A program made the position numbers and the translations under genes. 12,184 nt of DNA, taken from assembly GCA_034439575.1 (NCBI GenBank), contig JAWXAQ010000025.1, forward strand, positions 1 through 12,184. Direction: 5' to 3'. The stretch is from Leptospira sp. (GTDB lineage: Bacteria; Spirochaetota; Leptospiria; Leptospirales; Leptospiraceae). Positions 1 through 8,184 of this stretch are shown one piece after another. The notes beneath the pieces were generated by a model. It did not search any database. It saw only the letters and a list, made by a program, of their open reading frames with translations, and was not told the DNA's origin. Each line of letters starts with the position of its first letter. Within the stretch, counting starts at the first letter, position 1.

Positions 1-2
1 AC

Positions 3-24
3 TTGCACGTTCGTAAACATGCAA
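3..24 (-). other. Stem-loop just downstream of the 23S rRNA 3'-end fragment (possible rRNA trailer or terminator part)
   Basis: The minus strand reads TTGCATGTT-TACG-AACGTGCAA: a 9-bp stem with one G-U pair and a UNCG-type loop. The window edge hides any U-tract. Confidence 0.4.
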
Positions 25-99
25 ATTGTAATATGGTCAAGCCAATCGAGCGATTAGTATCACTTGGCTGAATCCATTACTGAACTTACACCTGTGACC

Positions 100-159
100 C
101 TCTATCTCGACCCATAGGGAGAGATTGAGCCTGTAAGGTGGCTGAATGAAATGAAGCCA
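100..159. repeat. Double-hairpin (REP-like) insert within the 23S fragment
   Basis: CTCTATCTC-N12-GAGATTGAG (100-129, 8/9 inverted match) and TGGCT-GAATGAAATGA-AGCCA (139-159) sit where 23S normally has only a few bases (..GACC-TATC-AACC..). Confidence 0.6.
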
Positions 160-211
160 AACCCGGGTCGTCTGCCCGGACTCTTCAGGGAGATCTTATC
201 TTCAGGTGGGC

Positions 212-242
<31 letters not shown>

Positions 243-250
243 GTCCGAAC

Positions 251-277
251 AGAAACTTTTTTTACTAAAAAGTTTCT
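251..277. repeat. Perfect 11-bp inverted repeat within the 23S fragment
   Basis: AGAAACTTTTT-TTACT-AAAAAGTTTCT lies between two rRNA-like blocks. Confidence 0.7.
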
Positions 278-340
278 ATGATGCACCTGGTGGAACAAAT
301 CTGTTTTATTACAATCCACCCCGATTGTTCGATTGATGAT

Positions 341-452
341 GGGCGTTCCCGATTTGGTTAGAGATTTAGAAATGGAATGTCTAAGGGTCGGGCTCTTTCG
401 GGGTGCGCTGTCGCTTCCGTCCTTCGGACCAAGCCCTTCAGATCCCTAACGC
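341..452. repeat. GC-rich structured palindromic element, probably a dispersed intergenic repeat
   Basis: Nested pairings: GCGTT(343-347)/AACGC(448-452), CCCGA(348-352)/TCGGG(388-392), TTAGA(358-362)/TCTAA(380-384), GGGCT(390-394)/AGCCC(432-436), GTCC-TTC-GGAC (419-429). The GGGCGT..GGGTCGGGCT..ATCCCTAACGC skeleton resembles dispersed repeats I recall from Leptospira and Bacteroidota genomes (not verified). Only one copy is in the window. Confidence 0.5.
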
Positions 453-472
453 GGGGGGATTGAATTGTACCT

Positions 473-3400
473 TTATTTATTCAAAAGCAATTCGTTCGCA
501 ATAAGCTCCGCCTGCTTCAGCACGGTCTCAGTTGCTAACATCTGCATATCGGGAGGATAGCCATATTGCCGGAGGATTCTTTTGACAATGACTTTGAGTT
601 TAGCTTTTACATTCTCTTTAATCGTCCAATCGATCGAGGCGTTTTCTTTTACCTTTTGAAATAAGACAACTGCAAGTTCCCTGAGTTTTTCTTTCTCCAT
701 CAATTCCTTTGCACTATCGTTGTTTGCAATGGCTGTGTAAAAAGCGTATTCATAATCCGATAAACCCATCTCTTTGGGTTCTGAATCCATTTGTTTGATT
801 TCTTTTGATAAAGAGATCAACTCTTCGATTACTTCAGCGGCTGTTAGGATTTTCACATGATACTTTTTGATCGAATTTTCCAGCATTTCCATGAGTGACT
901 TGCTCTGGATCAAATTCTTTTTAGCACGACCTTTGATTTCGTCGTTTAGAAGTTTTTTGAGTAGCTCTAAAGCAATATTTTTGTGCTCCATGTTTTTTAC
1001 TTCTAAGAGAAATTCTTCTGAGAGAATCGAAATATCTGGCTTTTTAATTCCAGCTGCATCGAAGACATCGATTACTTTGTCAGTTACCAAAGCTTTATCT
1101 ATAACTTGGCGGATTGCAGTTTCGACGTCATAGTTTCCACCTTCGGAATCAGTTTTTATGAATTTTACTAATCTTGTTTTGACAGCTTGGAAAAAGGAAA
1201 TTTCATCTTTCGCATCAATCGCTTGTTCGTGGGGGATCGCAATGGCAAATACTTTTGATAGCGCAGTTACCTCATCAATAAATCTCTTTTTACCATTTTC
1301 TAATCCTAAAATATGATTCTCCGCTTCTAAAATAAGGGACAATTTTCTTCCCATATCATCATCAAAATATTCTTCATATCCAAAACCATGAAACATTTGC
1401 GAAACAACTTCCAATTTTTCCAACATAAGTTGCACTGCCTTTTCTTGGTTTTCGGCTGGATCCCCTTTCCCGCCTGCATCGGAATAAAACGACAATGCTT
1501 TTTTGAGATCCGATGCAATTCCTAGATAATCAACAATGAGTCCACCAGTCTTTTCTTTATACACTCGATTCACGCGAGCTATGGCCTGCATCAAATTATG
1601 GCCTTTCATAGGTTTATCGATGTACAAAGTATCGAGGGAAGGCACATCAAAACCTGTTAACCACATATCCCGAACGATCACTATTTTCAATTCATCATCA
1701 GGATCTTTCATTCGATCCGCGAGGTTTTTCCGGATTTCCTTTGTCGTCTGGTGTTTGTTAATTTCTGGACCGTCTGAAGATGACGAGGTCATCACTACTT
1801 TGATTGCACCTTTTTTGGTTTCTTCACTATGCCACTCAGGTTTTAACTGAATGATCGCTTCGTAAAGTTCTGCTGCAATTCGTCTGGACATTGCCACAAT
1901 CATTCCCTTGCCTTCAAAGACTTCTCTTCGGCTTTCAAAATGAGTCACTATATCTTTTGCCACTTTTTGAATGCGATTTGCACTTCCAATCAGGGCTTCG
2001 AGCTGCGTCCACTTTGCTTTCGCTTTTTGCGATTCCGAAAGTTCATCAGGTTCCAAATCGTCATCAAACTCTTGGATGAGTTTTTTTCCTTCTTCGCTTA
2101 AAGAAATTTTAGCAAGCCGACTTTCATAATAAATTCGCACCGTGGCTCCGTCTTCGACTGCTTGCGCAATATCATATACGTCCACATAGTTTCCAAATAC
2201 AGCAGGTGTGTTGACATCCGTGTTCTCTATAGGAGTGCCCGTAAATCCCAAATACGTTGCATTCGGAAGTGCATCTCGCATATATTTGGCAAAACCATAG
2301 ACAATCTTTTTCCCAACTAAATTGCCAAGCTCGTCTTTGGTATCAATCGTTTTGGCTTTAAACCCGTATTGTGTTCTATGCGCTTCGTCTGCTATGACTA
2401 TGATATTGTTTCGTTCTGATAAGGTTTCATACACATTCCCTTCTTCAGGCTGGAATTTTTGAATGGTTGCAAATACCACACCACCTGACGCAACCTTTAA
2501 GAGTTCTTTGAGATGATCTCGATTTTTTGCCTGCACTGGTTCTTGCCTGAGAAGTTGTTTGGCGGCGGAAAATGTATCAAAGAGTTGATCGTCTAAGTCA
2601 TTCCTATCGGTGATCACAAGAATTGTGGGATTGTCCATCGAAAGGACAATTTTACCCGTATAAAAAACCATCGAAAGTGATTTTCCAGATCCTTGCGTGT
2701 GCCAGACGACTCCCCCTTTTTTATCTCCAATAACGGATGAGATAGATTTAAATCCTTCTGATTTTGAAGTATGAATGAGAAGGTCTTTTTTAGGAGATTG
2801 GTTTTTTGAATAGCCGGATGCCCGAAGGGTAGACTCAACGGCTTTGTTTACCGCATAGTATTGGTGATAGGCGGCAATTTTCTTAATAAATTGAATTGAC
2901 GTGATTCCAGTTTCTTTGTCTTCTTTCTTCGTATTTTCAAATACAATGAAATGACGAAGTAAATCCAATAAAGTTTTCGGATTTAACATTCCGCGGATCA
3001 AAGTCTCCAACTGACCAACTAGTGGCGATGCTTCCATTTTACCGTCAGATGTTTTCCAAGCTAAAAACCGATTGTAACTGGAAGAAATGGTTCCAGCTTT
3101 TGCTTCCAATCCGTCAGAAATTACTAAAAATCCATTGAATGCAAAAAGCGAAGGAATGGTTTGTAGATACGTTTGCAATTGATGAAACGCAGAATGGACT
3201 GTTGCATTTTCCTCTGTAGGATTTTTGAGCTCGATCACGACTAAAGGAATGCCATTGATAAAAATAACTAAATCAGGTCTTTTGTTTGTGTTGTTTTCTA
3301 CAACTGTGAATTGATTGATTACAATTAACTCATTGTTTTCCCAAGTCTCAAAGTCAATCAGTGAGACCAAATCACCACGAGAGTTTCCGTCTTTCTGATA

Positions 3401-3706
3401 AACGACTTGGATTCCTTCCGTTAGAAACCTGTGGAAGTTATGATTGTTAACGATCAGTTCCCGTGAATTCAACCTTTGGATTTGTTTGATCGCATCCTCG
3501 ATGGATTCTTTGGGTAATGATGGATTGATCCGAAGGAGAGACTCTTCGAGCCTTCTCACCAAAAGAACATCTTCAAACGACTCTCTTTCAGGCTGATCGC
3601 TGTCAGGTGCTATGTCTGGCCCATAGATGTATTGATAACCTAGGGATTCCAAAAGAGAAATCGCATATTCTTCTATGTTTGATTCGGTGATTCTTGCAGA
3701 ATTCAT
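473..3706 (-). CDS. hsdR: Type I restriction endonuclease subunit R (1077 aa)
   Basis: PD-(D/E)xK nuclease motifs RPDLVIFINGIPLVVIELK and QLQTY. SF2 helicase motifs WHTQGSGKS (Walker A), IADEAHR (DEAH), FTGTP, MWLTGFD and LMQAIARVNR. Helical DUF3387-like C-terminus ending ...YGYPPD. Uninterrupted frame. Confidence 0.98.
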   Translation of the reverse strand: MNSARITESNIEEYAISLLESLGYQYIYGPDIAPDSDQPERESFEDVLLVRRLEESLLRINPSLPKESIEDAIKQIQRLNSRELIVNNHNFHRFLTEGIQVVYQKDGNSRGDLVSLIDFETWENNELIVINQFTVVENNTNKRPDLVIFINGIPLVVIELKNPTEENATVHSAFHQLQTYLQTIPSLFAFNGFLVISDGLEAKAGTISSSYNRFLAWKTSDGKMEASPLVGQLETLIRGMLNPKTLLDLLRHFIVFENTKKEDKETGITSIQFIKKIAAYHQYYAVNKAVESTLRASGYSKNQSPKKDLLIHTSKSEGFKSISSVIGDKKGGVVWHTQGSGKSLSMVFYTGKIVLSMDNPTILVITDRNDLDDQLFDTFSAAKQLLRQEPVQAKNRDHLKELLKVASGGVVFATIQKFQPEEGNVYETLSERNNIIVIADEAHRTQYGFKAKTIDTKDELGNLVGKKIVYGFAKYMRDALPNATYLGFTGTPIENTDVNTPAVFGNYVDVYDIAQAVEDGATVRIYYESRLAKISLSEEGKKLIQEFDDDLEPDELSESQKAKAKWTQLEALIGSANRIQKVAKDIVTHFESRREVFEGKGMIVAMSRRIAAELYEAIIQLKPEWHSEETKKGAIKVVMTSSSSDGPEINKHQTTKEIRKNLADRMKDPDDELKIVIVRDMWLTGFDVPSLDTLYIDKPMKGHNLMQAIARVNRVYKEKTGGLIVDYLGIASDLKKALSFYSDAGGKGDPAENQEKAVQLMLEKLEVVSQMFHGFGYEEYFDDDMGRKLSLILEAENHILGLENGKKRFIDEVTALSKVFAIAIPHEQAIDAKDEISFFQAVKTRLVKFIKTDSEGGNYDVETAIRQVIDKALVTDKVIDVFDAAGIKKPDISILSEEFLLEVKNMEHKNIALELLKKLLNDEIKGRAKKNLIQSKSLMEMLENSIKKYHVKILTAAEVIEELISLSKEIKQMDSEPKEMGLSDYEYAFYTAIANNDSAKELMEKEKLRELAVVLFQKVKENASIDWTIKENVKAKLKVIVKRILRQYGYPPDMQMLATETVLKQAELIANELLLNK

Positions 3707-3908
3707 CGTATGATTCGTGTTTATGCAAGAATGTCAAATTTTATGAAATAAGGCAAGCGTCAAATGTAGGTTGGTCTGAAGAAACTGATTGAATTAAGCC
3801 TCCAAATGTATAAAAATGCAGTTCAATTTGGAGAAAAATCCTTGCTGGAAAGTATTATATACCTGAAGATTTAATTCTGTTTCTTTCCGATGCAAAAATA
3901 GATTTAGG

Positions 3909-4460
3909 TCATAGTTTATTGTTGAGTAATTTTTTGTTAGCCGTTAGTAGAGGAATACTAGAATTAAAAAAATCTCCATCATTGGTTAATAATACTGCAT
4001 TATTGGATTCACATAGATCAACAATAACTCTATCTGAATAATCTAACAACCCTCCTGAAAGTAATTTATTTATATCTGGCTTGAAATAAGACTTCCCAAC
4101 TACATCAAAATTCTTCAAAATTTTATCTTTTAAAACTGTAGAAATATCCTTTTCAATCTGCTGACCTTCTTCCGAATTTCGAAAATTTTTGAATTCACTT
4201 GGATTTACATAAAGATGCTCTCGTTCTGCAAATTTATCGAATTCAAGGCGAAAGGCTCGATTATAAATTTCAGAAATTATCGTATTATCAACGATCAGGG
4301 GATTTTTTTGTCGAATCAATGACGAAAGTATCGATGAATATTCTTTCTCCTGTGAGTTTGAACCAGTCGGCCAAAAAATATAAATTAAAACATTTGCATC
4401 AAAAAAAATATTCCTTCCGACTAACGTGGATATATCGGACTTTGAATAAATCTCCGGCAA
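3909..4460 (-). CDS. PIN-domain ribonuclease (183 aa)
   Basis: The PIN acidic residues are present in order: IFFDANVLIY, IISEIYN, LDYSDRVI, LLTNDGDF. TTG start with GGGGA just upstream, 1 nt after the STAS stop. Confidence 0.9.
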   Translation of the reverse strand: MPEIYSKSDISTLVGRNIFFDANVLIYIFWPTGSNSQEKEYSSILSSLIRQKNPLIVDNTIISEIYNRAFRLEFDKFAEREHLYVNPSEFKNFRNSEEGQQIEKDISTVLKDKILKNFDVVGKSYFKPDINKLLSGGLLDYSDRVIVDLCESNNAVLLTNDGDFFNSSIPLLTANKKLLNNKL

Positions 4461-4461
4461 T

Positions 4462-4812
4462 TCATTCCCCTAAAACTTCGCGTAAGGAACGCTCCATACG
4501 ATCTGGGTCTTTATAATAAATTTTTGCAGTATCGACAACACGTTTTAATAGCCCTAAATCTTCTTGGGACATGCCTTCTACTTTCAAACTAGTTTTAATT
4601 GTATCTTCTGAGAAATCTCGGTATAATTGTCCGATCGCAGTGTTTAAAAAAGCAGACGTAATAAGTTCGATTCCTTCGAAAGAAAGGGTTACGGCATTTT
4701 TCTCATCTCTAAAGGATTTTGAGATGAGTAGGAATAGCTTCTGCCCGTCCTCAGCATCTACACAATAAAGACTAGGGACTAATTCTTTTATAGGGATTGT
4801 TGGAATCACCAT
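4462..4812 (-). CDS. STAS-like (DUF4325-type) small protein, anti-anti-sigma-factor-like (116 aa)
   Basis: The pattern EDGQKLF...VTLSFEGIELITSAFLNTAIGQLY aligns with the SpoIIAA/RsbV 'D-hydrophobic-S-x-V-x-F-x-D-S-S-G-L' segment. I moved the start from 4818 to the second ATG at 4812 because AGGAG lies 7 nt upstream of it and only 1 nt upstream of the first. Confidence 0.82.
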   Translation of the reverse strand: MVIPTIPIKELVPSLYCVDAEDGQKLFLLISKSFRDEKNAVTLSFEGIELITSAFLNTAIGQLYRDFSEDTIKTSLKVEGMSQEDLGLLKRVVDTAKIYYKDPDRMERSLREVLGE

Positions 4813-4822
4813 TTTCATTCTC

Positions 4823-5692
4823 CTAGAATATATCGGTCACTTTTAGCTCTTCCAAAAGGGAGTAAGACGTTGGATCGTCTGTCTGGAATCTCATATTAAT
4901 GGTAGTTCCTGGAAAAGGACAAGAAATTTCTTCGAAAATATCGATTCCATTTTCGAATTCGTAAAAACCAGAATCACTGACAATATTGATTTTTCCGCCA
5001 TTTTTTTCGGTAAATTCCCGCAATATTGCGAAACCTAGCCCCCCTGTAATATTGTCCTTTGTGGAATGCCCTGACTGAATCGCCCACTCGATTGCTTTGG
5101 TTGCGGAAACATCGCGATGAAAGAACTTACAAACATTTTCTTTGATCCCGATACCTATATCAGTAATCGAAAATTCAATGGTATTTTTATTTGGAAAAAA
5201 TTGACCACAAGTTATAATTTCTTCCGATTTACTGTGGGTCTTAGCATTTTGAAAAATTTCAAATATAGATTCTGTCATTTTCTTTTTTAATAGTTCGGAA
5301 AGTTTTGGTAACTCTGGCCTTCGAAGTAACTCTGACTGGATATAGGTTAAAAATTCGTCCCCTTGGTTAGGTTTTAATTCTAAAAATTGAATTGTCGTTT
5401 GATTTTGATCAGTTATTTTTTCATAACCGTATTTACTTAAAAATTTATTTTTGCATAAAATCTTTTGAATGTCAGGCTTTAAATAATCAAATTCGAAGCG
5501 ATGACCATTTAAAGCCAATTTATTCATCACACTTCCTAAAGGTGAGCACATATTGGCACCAAACCAAGTATCAATGGAGAGAAAAATTTTTAAGTGATGC
5601 TTATCTTTAAACTGATTGTAAAATTCGGCAATTTGTATATAACCATCGTAAGATGTTCTTACATTGTTGAATTCGAAACTAATTTCTTCCAA
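4823..5692 (-). CDS. GHKL/HATPase_c ATP-binding protein, RsbW/SpoIIAB-like putative Ser/Thr kinase (289 aa)
   Basis: Bergerat-fold boxes: N box EIFQNAKTH, G1 ITDIGIGI, G2 STK...GGLGF, G3 FPGTTINM. No H-box/HisKA helix and no transmembrane segment seen. TTG start with GGAAG upstream. Overlaps the upstream gene by 14 nt. Confidence 0.85.
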   Translation of the reverse strand: MEEISFEFNNVRTSYDGYIQIAEFYNQFKDKHHLKIFLSIDTWFGANMCSPLGSVMNKLALNGHRFEFDYLKPDIQKILCKNKFLSKYGYEKITDQNQTTIQFLELKPNQGDEFLTYIQSELLRRPELPKLSELLKKKMTESIFEIFQNAKTHSKSEEIITCGQFFPNKNTIEFSITDIGIGIKENVCKFFHRDVSATKAIEWAIQSGHSTKDNITGGLGFAILREFTEKNGGKINIVSDSGFYEFENGIDIFEEISCPFPGTTINMRFQTDDPTSYSLLEELKVTDIF

Positions 5693-6467
5693 ATAAATCT
5701 TCCAGATTTAGAGTAAAATTTAATCTATTTTTGACATGCTGAAAATGCAGAACTGCTTCTTCACCTATTGTTTTATACAACCAGGAGGCTCTGGAAACGA
5801 GTTTATGAACCGAATAATCCGCATCATCCGACCAGTCTACCATGGCGTAACCTTCTTTTGTTTGGACTAATCCTAAAATATTTTTGGAAAACCCATGTTT
5901 TTCGATTGGATTATTTCTTTTGGGTCGATGTTCTCCCTCTATTTTTGGTATTCCCTGGTGAGTCCATGCATGTCGATAACCTTCGATTAACTGGTATCTT
6001 CTATCCAAAGAAAATTTTTCAGCAAATTGTTTCAATTCTAAAGGGAACTTGTTCACATTTTTAGGATTTATAATTTCTCCAATCGTACGGGTTCTTACCT
6101 CAATATCATTCTGTTTTCCATAGAAATAGAAATAAGAAGACAACAGATGATTTAGGGCAGAGAATAAAGACAATATCGCATAATCAAAATGATAGCGAAA
6201 ATAAAATACTGAGGATATACGAGGATGTTCGCTTAATTGAAGTCTCCGTTGGAGGGAAAATTCTCTCAATGATTCAAAAAATGCGGTCCAAGCAAACTGA
6301 TATCGGTCAGCAAAATCTCTCATACATACATAAGCATAGTAAGTATATAATTCTTCGTTTTTTACTTTCGCTGGAACTTTCCCAACTATCTGATTCCAAA
6401 CTGGTAGATATGACGGAAAATATTTATAGATTGTTTCCTTTTCTTTAGCGAGCAACTTAGGATTCAC
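5679..6467 (-). CDS. Putative HEPN-domain RNase, Cthe_2314-like (262 aa)
   Basis: Helical protein with an Rx4H motif (YRHAWTH) and an upstream helix YHFDYAILSLFSALNHL resembling the Cthe_2314-type pattern. GTG start directly abuts the hsdS stop. The ORF is secure; the family call is tentative. Confidence 0.65.
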   Translation of the reverse strand: MNPKLLAKEKETIYKYFPSYLPVWNQIVGKVPAKVKNEELYTYYAYVCMRDFADRYQFAWTAFFESLREFSLQRRLQLSEHPRISSVFYFRYHFDYAILSLFSALNHLLSSYFYFYGKQNDIEVRTRTIGEIINPKNVNKFPLELKQFAEKFSLDRRYQLIEGYRHAWTHQGIPKIEGEHRPKRNNPIEKHGFSKNILGLVQTKEGYAMVDWSDDADYSVHKLVSRASWLYKTIGEEAVLHFQHVKNRLNFTLNLEDLFGRN

Positions 6468-7646
6468 TCACACCTCCACCCTCACTTCCCCACTCATCAA
6501 TTTCGGCAACAAAACATCTCGGAGTTTTTCAAGAGAACGAATTTCGAGGGAGTTTTCGACAATTTTTTCATTAACAGGCATAGTAATTTCTGCATAGCTT
6601 TTAAGCTTTTTGTTAGGAGGTATTGGAATTAAAATATTAGAAAATGTTGATTTGTTTATAATTGGCATTGTTGTTCCTCCGTGTGCAATATTCCTAAGTT
6701 CGTCGTAAATATGCCTTAAATACTGGTAAGTGTATTCTGAATATAAATCTCTATCTTTTAAAATGATTGAATTAATTTGTTGATTCGTCAAACATTCATT
6801 AATATTTATAGTCACCTTACCCATATCCGAGCCTATACAAGTTACTAGAATAGATCCCTTTGGTAAAATTAAGTTCTGATGATTGCTTTTTATCTTTTTC
6901 GCCAATGTTCGCATCGCACAGACTGCATATTTTCCAAAATTTTTATAATCAGTTGGAGTAATAAAATCTAATTCACCATCCCAGAATTCCGAGTTTTCTG
7001 TATTAGGTGTTTTTCCGGTGATAATAGTTCCCAAATCCCCCAACTTCCCCTCCTCCCAACTCTCTTCCGCTTCCTCCACAAACCACTGCCGAAAGAGAGC
7101 CTCTGCCATCGCTTCCAAAGTTTTATTCTGCCGGTGCAAAAGATCAATTTTGTCATCTAACGCCGACAAAACGCCTGCAATGGCTTTTTGTTCGGCGAGA
7201 GGGGGAAGGAGGATGGGGACTTCTTGCAAAACTGAAGATTTAATCCCAAATACAGTTGTGCCAGATGCTCTAGACTGAAGCTCATGTTGTCCATCTTTAG
7301 ATTGAAAATAATATTTTAGAAATACATTTTCAATTTTTTCTTTTTTCCCACGTAATGTGATTATTCTTTGAGCTAGAGCTACTTTTTTATCTTTTATCAA
7401 GGCAACTTCGCCTAATGGTGCTTCAGTCGTTAAAACGACATCATTTATTTCGGGAAGACCTCGTGTCATCCATGAATTATAGTCATTTTCCGATATAAAC
7501 TCATTGGCTTCTAAAATCTTGCCTTCTTTTACTATTTTCGCAGTTATTAATGGAATTCCATGAGTTGTTTTTGTTGGAGTCTTTCCTCTATAGTCAATAA
7601 ATTTCTCAATAACTTCTGATAATTGATATTCCTTCCATTCACTCAT
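6468..7646 (-). CDS. hsdS: Type I RM specificity subunit S (392 aa, two TRDs)
   Basis: N-terminal MSEWKEYQLSEV, central conserved region LPPLAEQKAIAGVLSALDDKIDLLHRQNKTLEAMAEALFRQWF, second TRD starting W..GKLGDLG.IITGKTP, C-terminal LEKLRDVLLPKLMSGEVRV. Confidence 0.97.
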   Translation of the reverse strand: MSEWKEYQLSEVIEKFIDYRGKTPTKTTHGIPLITAKIVKEGKILEANEFISENDYNSWMTRGLPEINDVVLTTEAPLGEVALIKDKKVALAQRIITLRGKKEKIENVFLKYYFQSKDGQHELQSRASGTTVFGIKSSVLQEVPILLPPLAEQKAIAGVLSALDDKIDLLHRQNKTLEAMAEALFRQWFVEEAEESWEEGKLGDLGTIITGKTPNTENSEFWDGELDFITPTDYKNFGKYAVCAMRTLAKKIKSNHQNLILPKGSILVTCIGSDMGKVTININECLTNQQINSIILKDRDLYSEYTYQYLRHIYDELRNIAHGGTTMPIINKSTFSNILIPIPPNKKLKSYAEITMPVNEKIVENSLEIRSLEKLRDVLLPKLMSGEVRVEV

Positions 7647-8182
7647 ACAGACTCCTCGCCTTTCTCAATCGTTTCCCTTCGCTTTCTTTTCCAGTTGTTG
7701 ATAAACTCTTCCAACTGCAGATCCATTTTTAGATCGATTCGATCGTCCAGTTTGGTAACAGCGTAGAATCGAACTGAGGTGGCTCCAGAAGATTTCGAAA
7801 GCAGATTTTCAAAGGCAGTCCTCTCCATTTGTAGAGTAAATTCATCACTAAACTCTAGCCTTGCGGGAAGGGGAGCACTAATATATCCATAGGAGGGATC
7901 TGGTATCAACATGTACGCTTGGTCAGTTTTTGGTTTGAATTCTATATGAAATGATTCGATCACAAAGGGAACTTTTCCTGTGTTGAGAATTTTCAGTAAA
8001 ATCAGTTCTCGGCGAACGAGTCCAGGTGGAATCGTCCATTCTTGCATATATTTTGCTGATCCTTTGGCTTTGATTTTGTTCGATTGATAAGAGAACCAAA
8101 GAGAGGTGATGACAGCGCCAATAGTTCCTATAGCAACAAGCCAGTTGGGGAGAATGGTGGAGAAGAAGAGTGTGCAGTCCAT
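7643..8182 (-). CDS. Hypothetical protein with one N-terminal transmembrane helix and a beta-rich soluble domain (179 aa)
   Basis: Hydrophobic stretch LPNWLVAIGTIGAVITSLWFSY followed by basic residues (NKIKAKGSAK). Starts 2 nt after the upstream stop and overlaps hsdS by ATGA. Confidence 0.75.
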   Translation of the reverse strand: MDCTLFFSTILPNWLVAIGTIGAVITSLWFSYQSNKIKAKGSAKYMQEWTIPPGLVRRELILLKILNTGKVPFVIESFHIEFKPKTDQAYMLIPDPSYGYISAPLPARLEFSDEFTLQMERTAFENLLSKSSGATSVRFYAVTKLDDRIDLKMDLQLEEFINNWKRKRRETIEKGEESV

Positions 8183-8184
8183 AG

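Noticed and set aside
2740-2820. Low-complexity linker before the HsdR Walker A as a possible intein or frameshift scar
   Set aside because: It is short and in frame, has no intein motifs, and is most simply a variable loop.
867-2838. Short ORFs overlapping hsdR (867-1133, 1327-1518, 1536-1850, 1891-2079, 2614-2838)
   Set aside because: These are antisense or out-of-frame shadows of a motif-complete gene.
4823-5692. Classical two-component histidine kinase
   Set aside because: No H-box/DHp helix, no sensor transmembrane region and no response regulator. The neighbouring gene is STAS-like.
4199-6064. Plus-strand ORFs 4199-4516, 4571-4768, 5392-5610 and 5768-6064 as possible antitoxins
   Set aside because: They are fully antisense to well-supported coupled genes and have no recognisable motifs.
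6468-7646. Phase-variable hsdS (shufflon or simple-sequence repeat)
   Set aside because: Single hsdS, no recombinase, and no long inverted repeats or tandem repeat tract seen.
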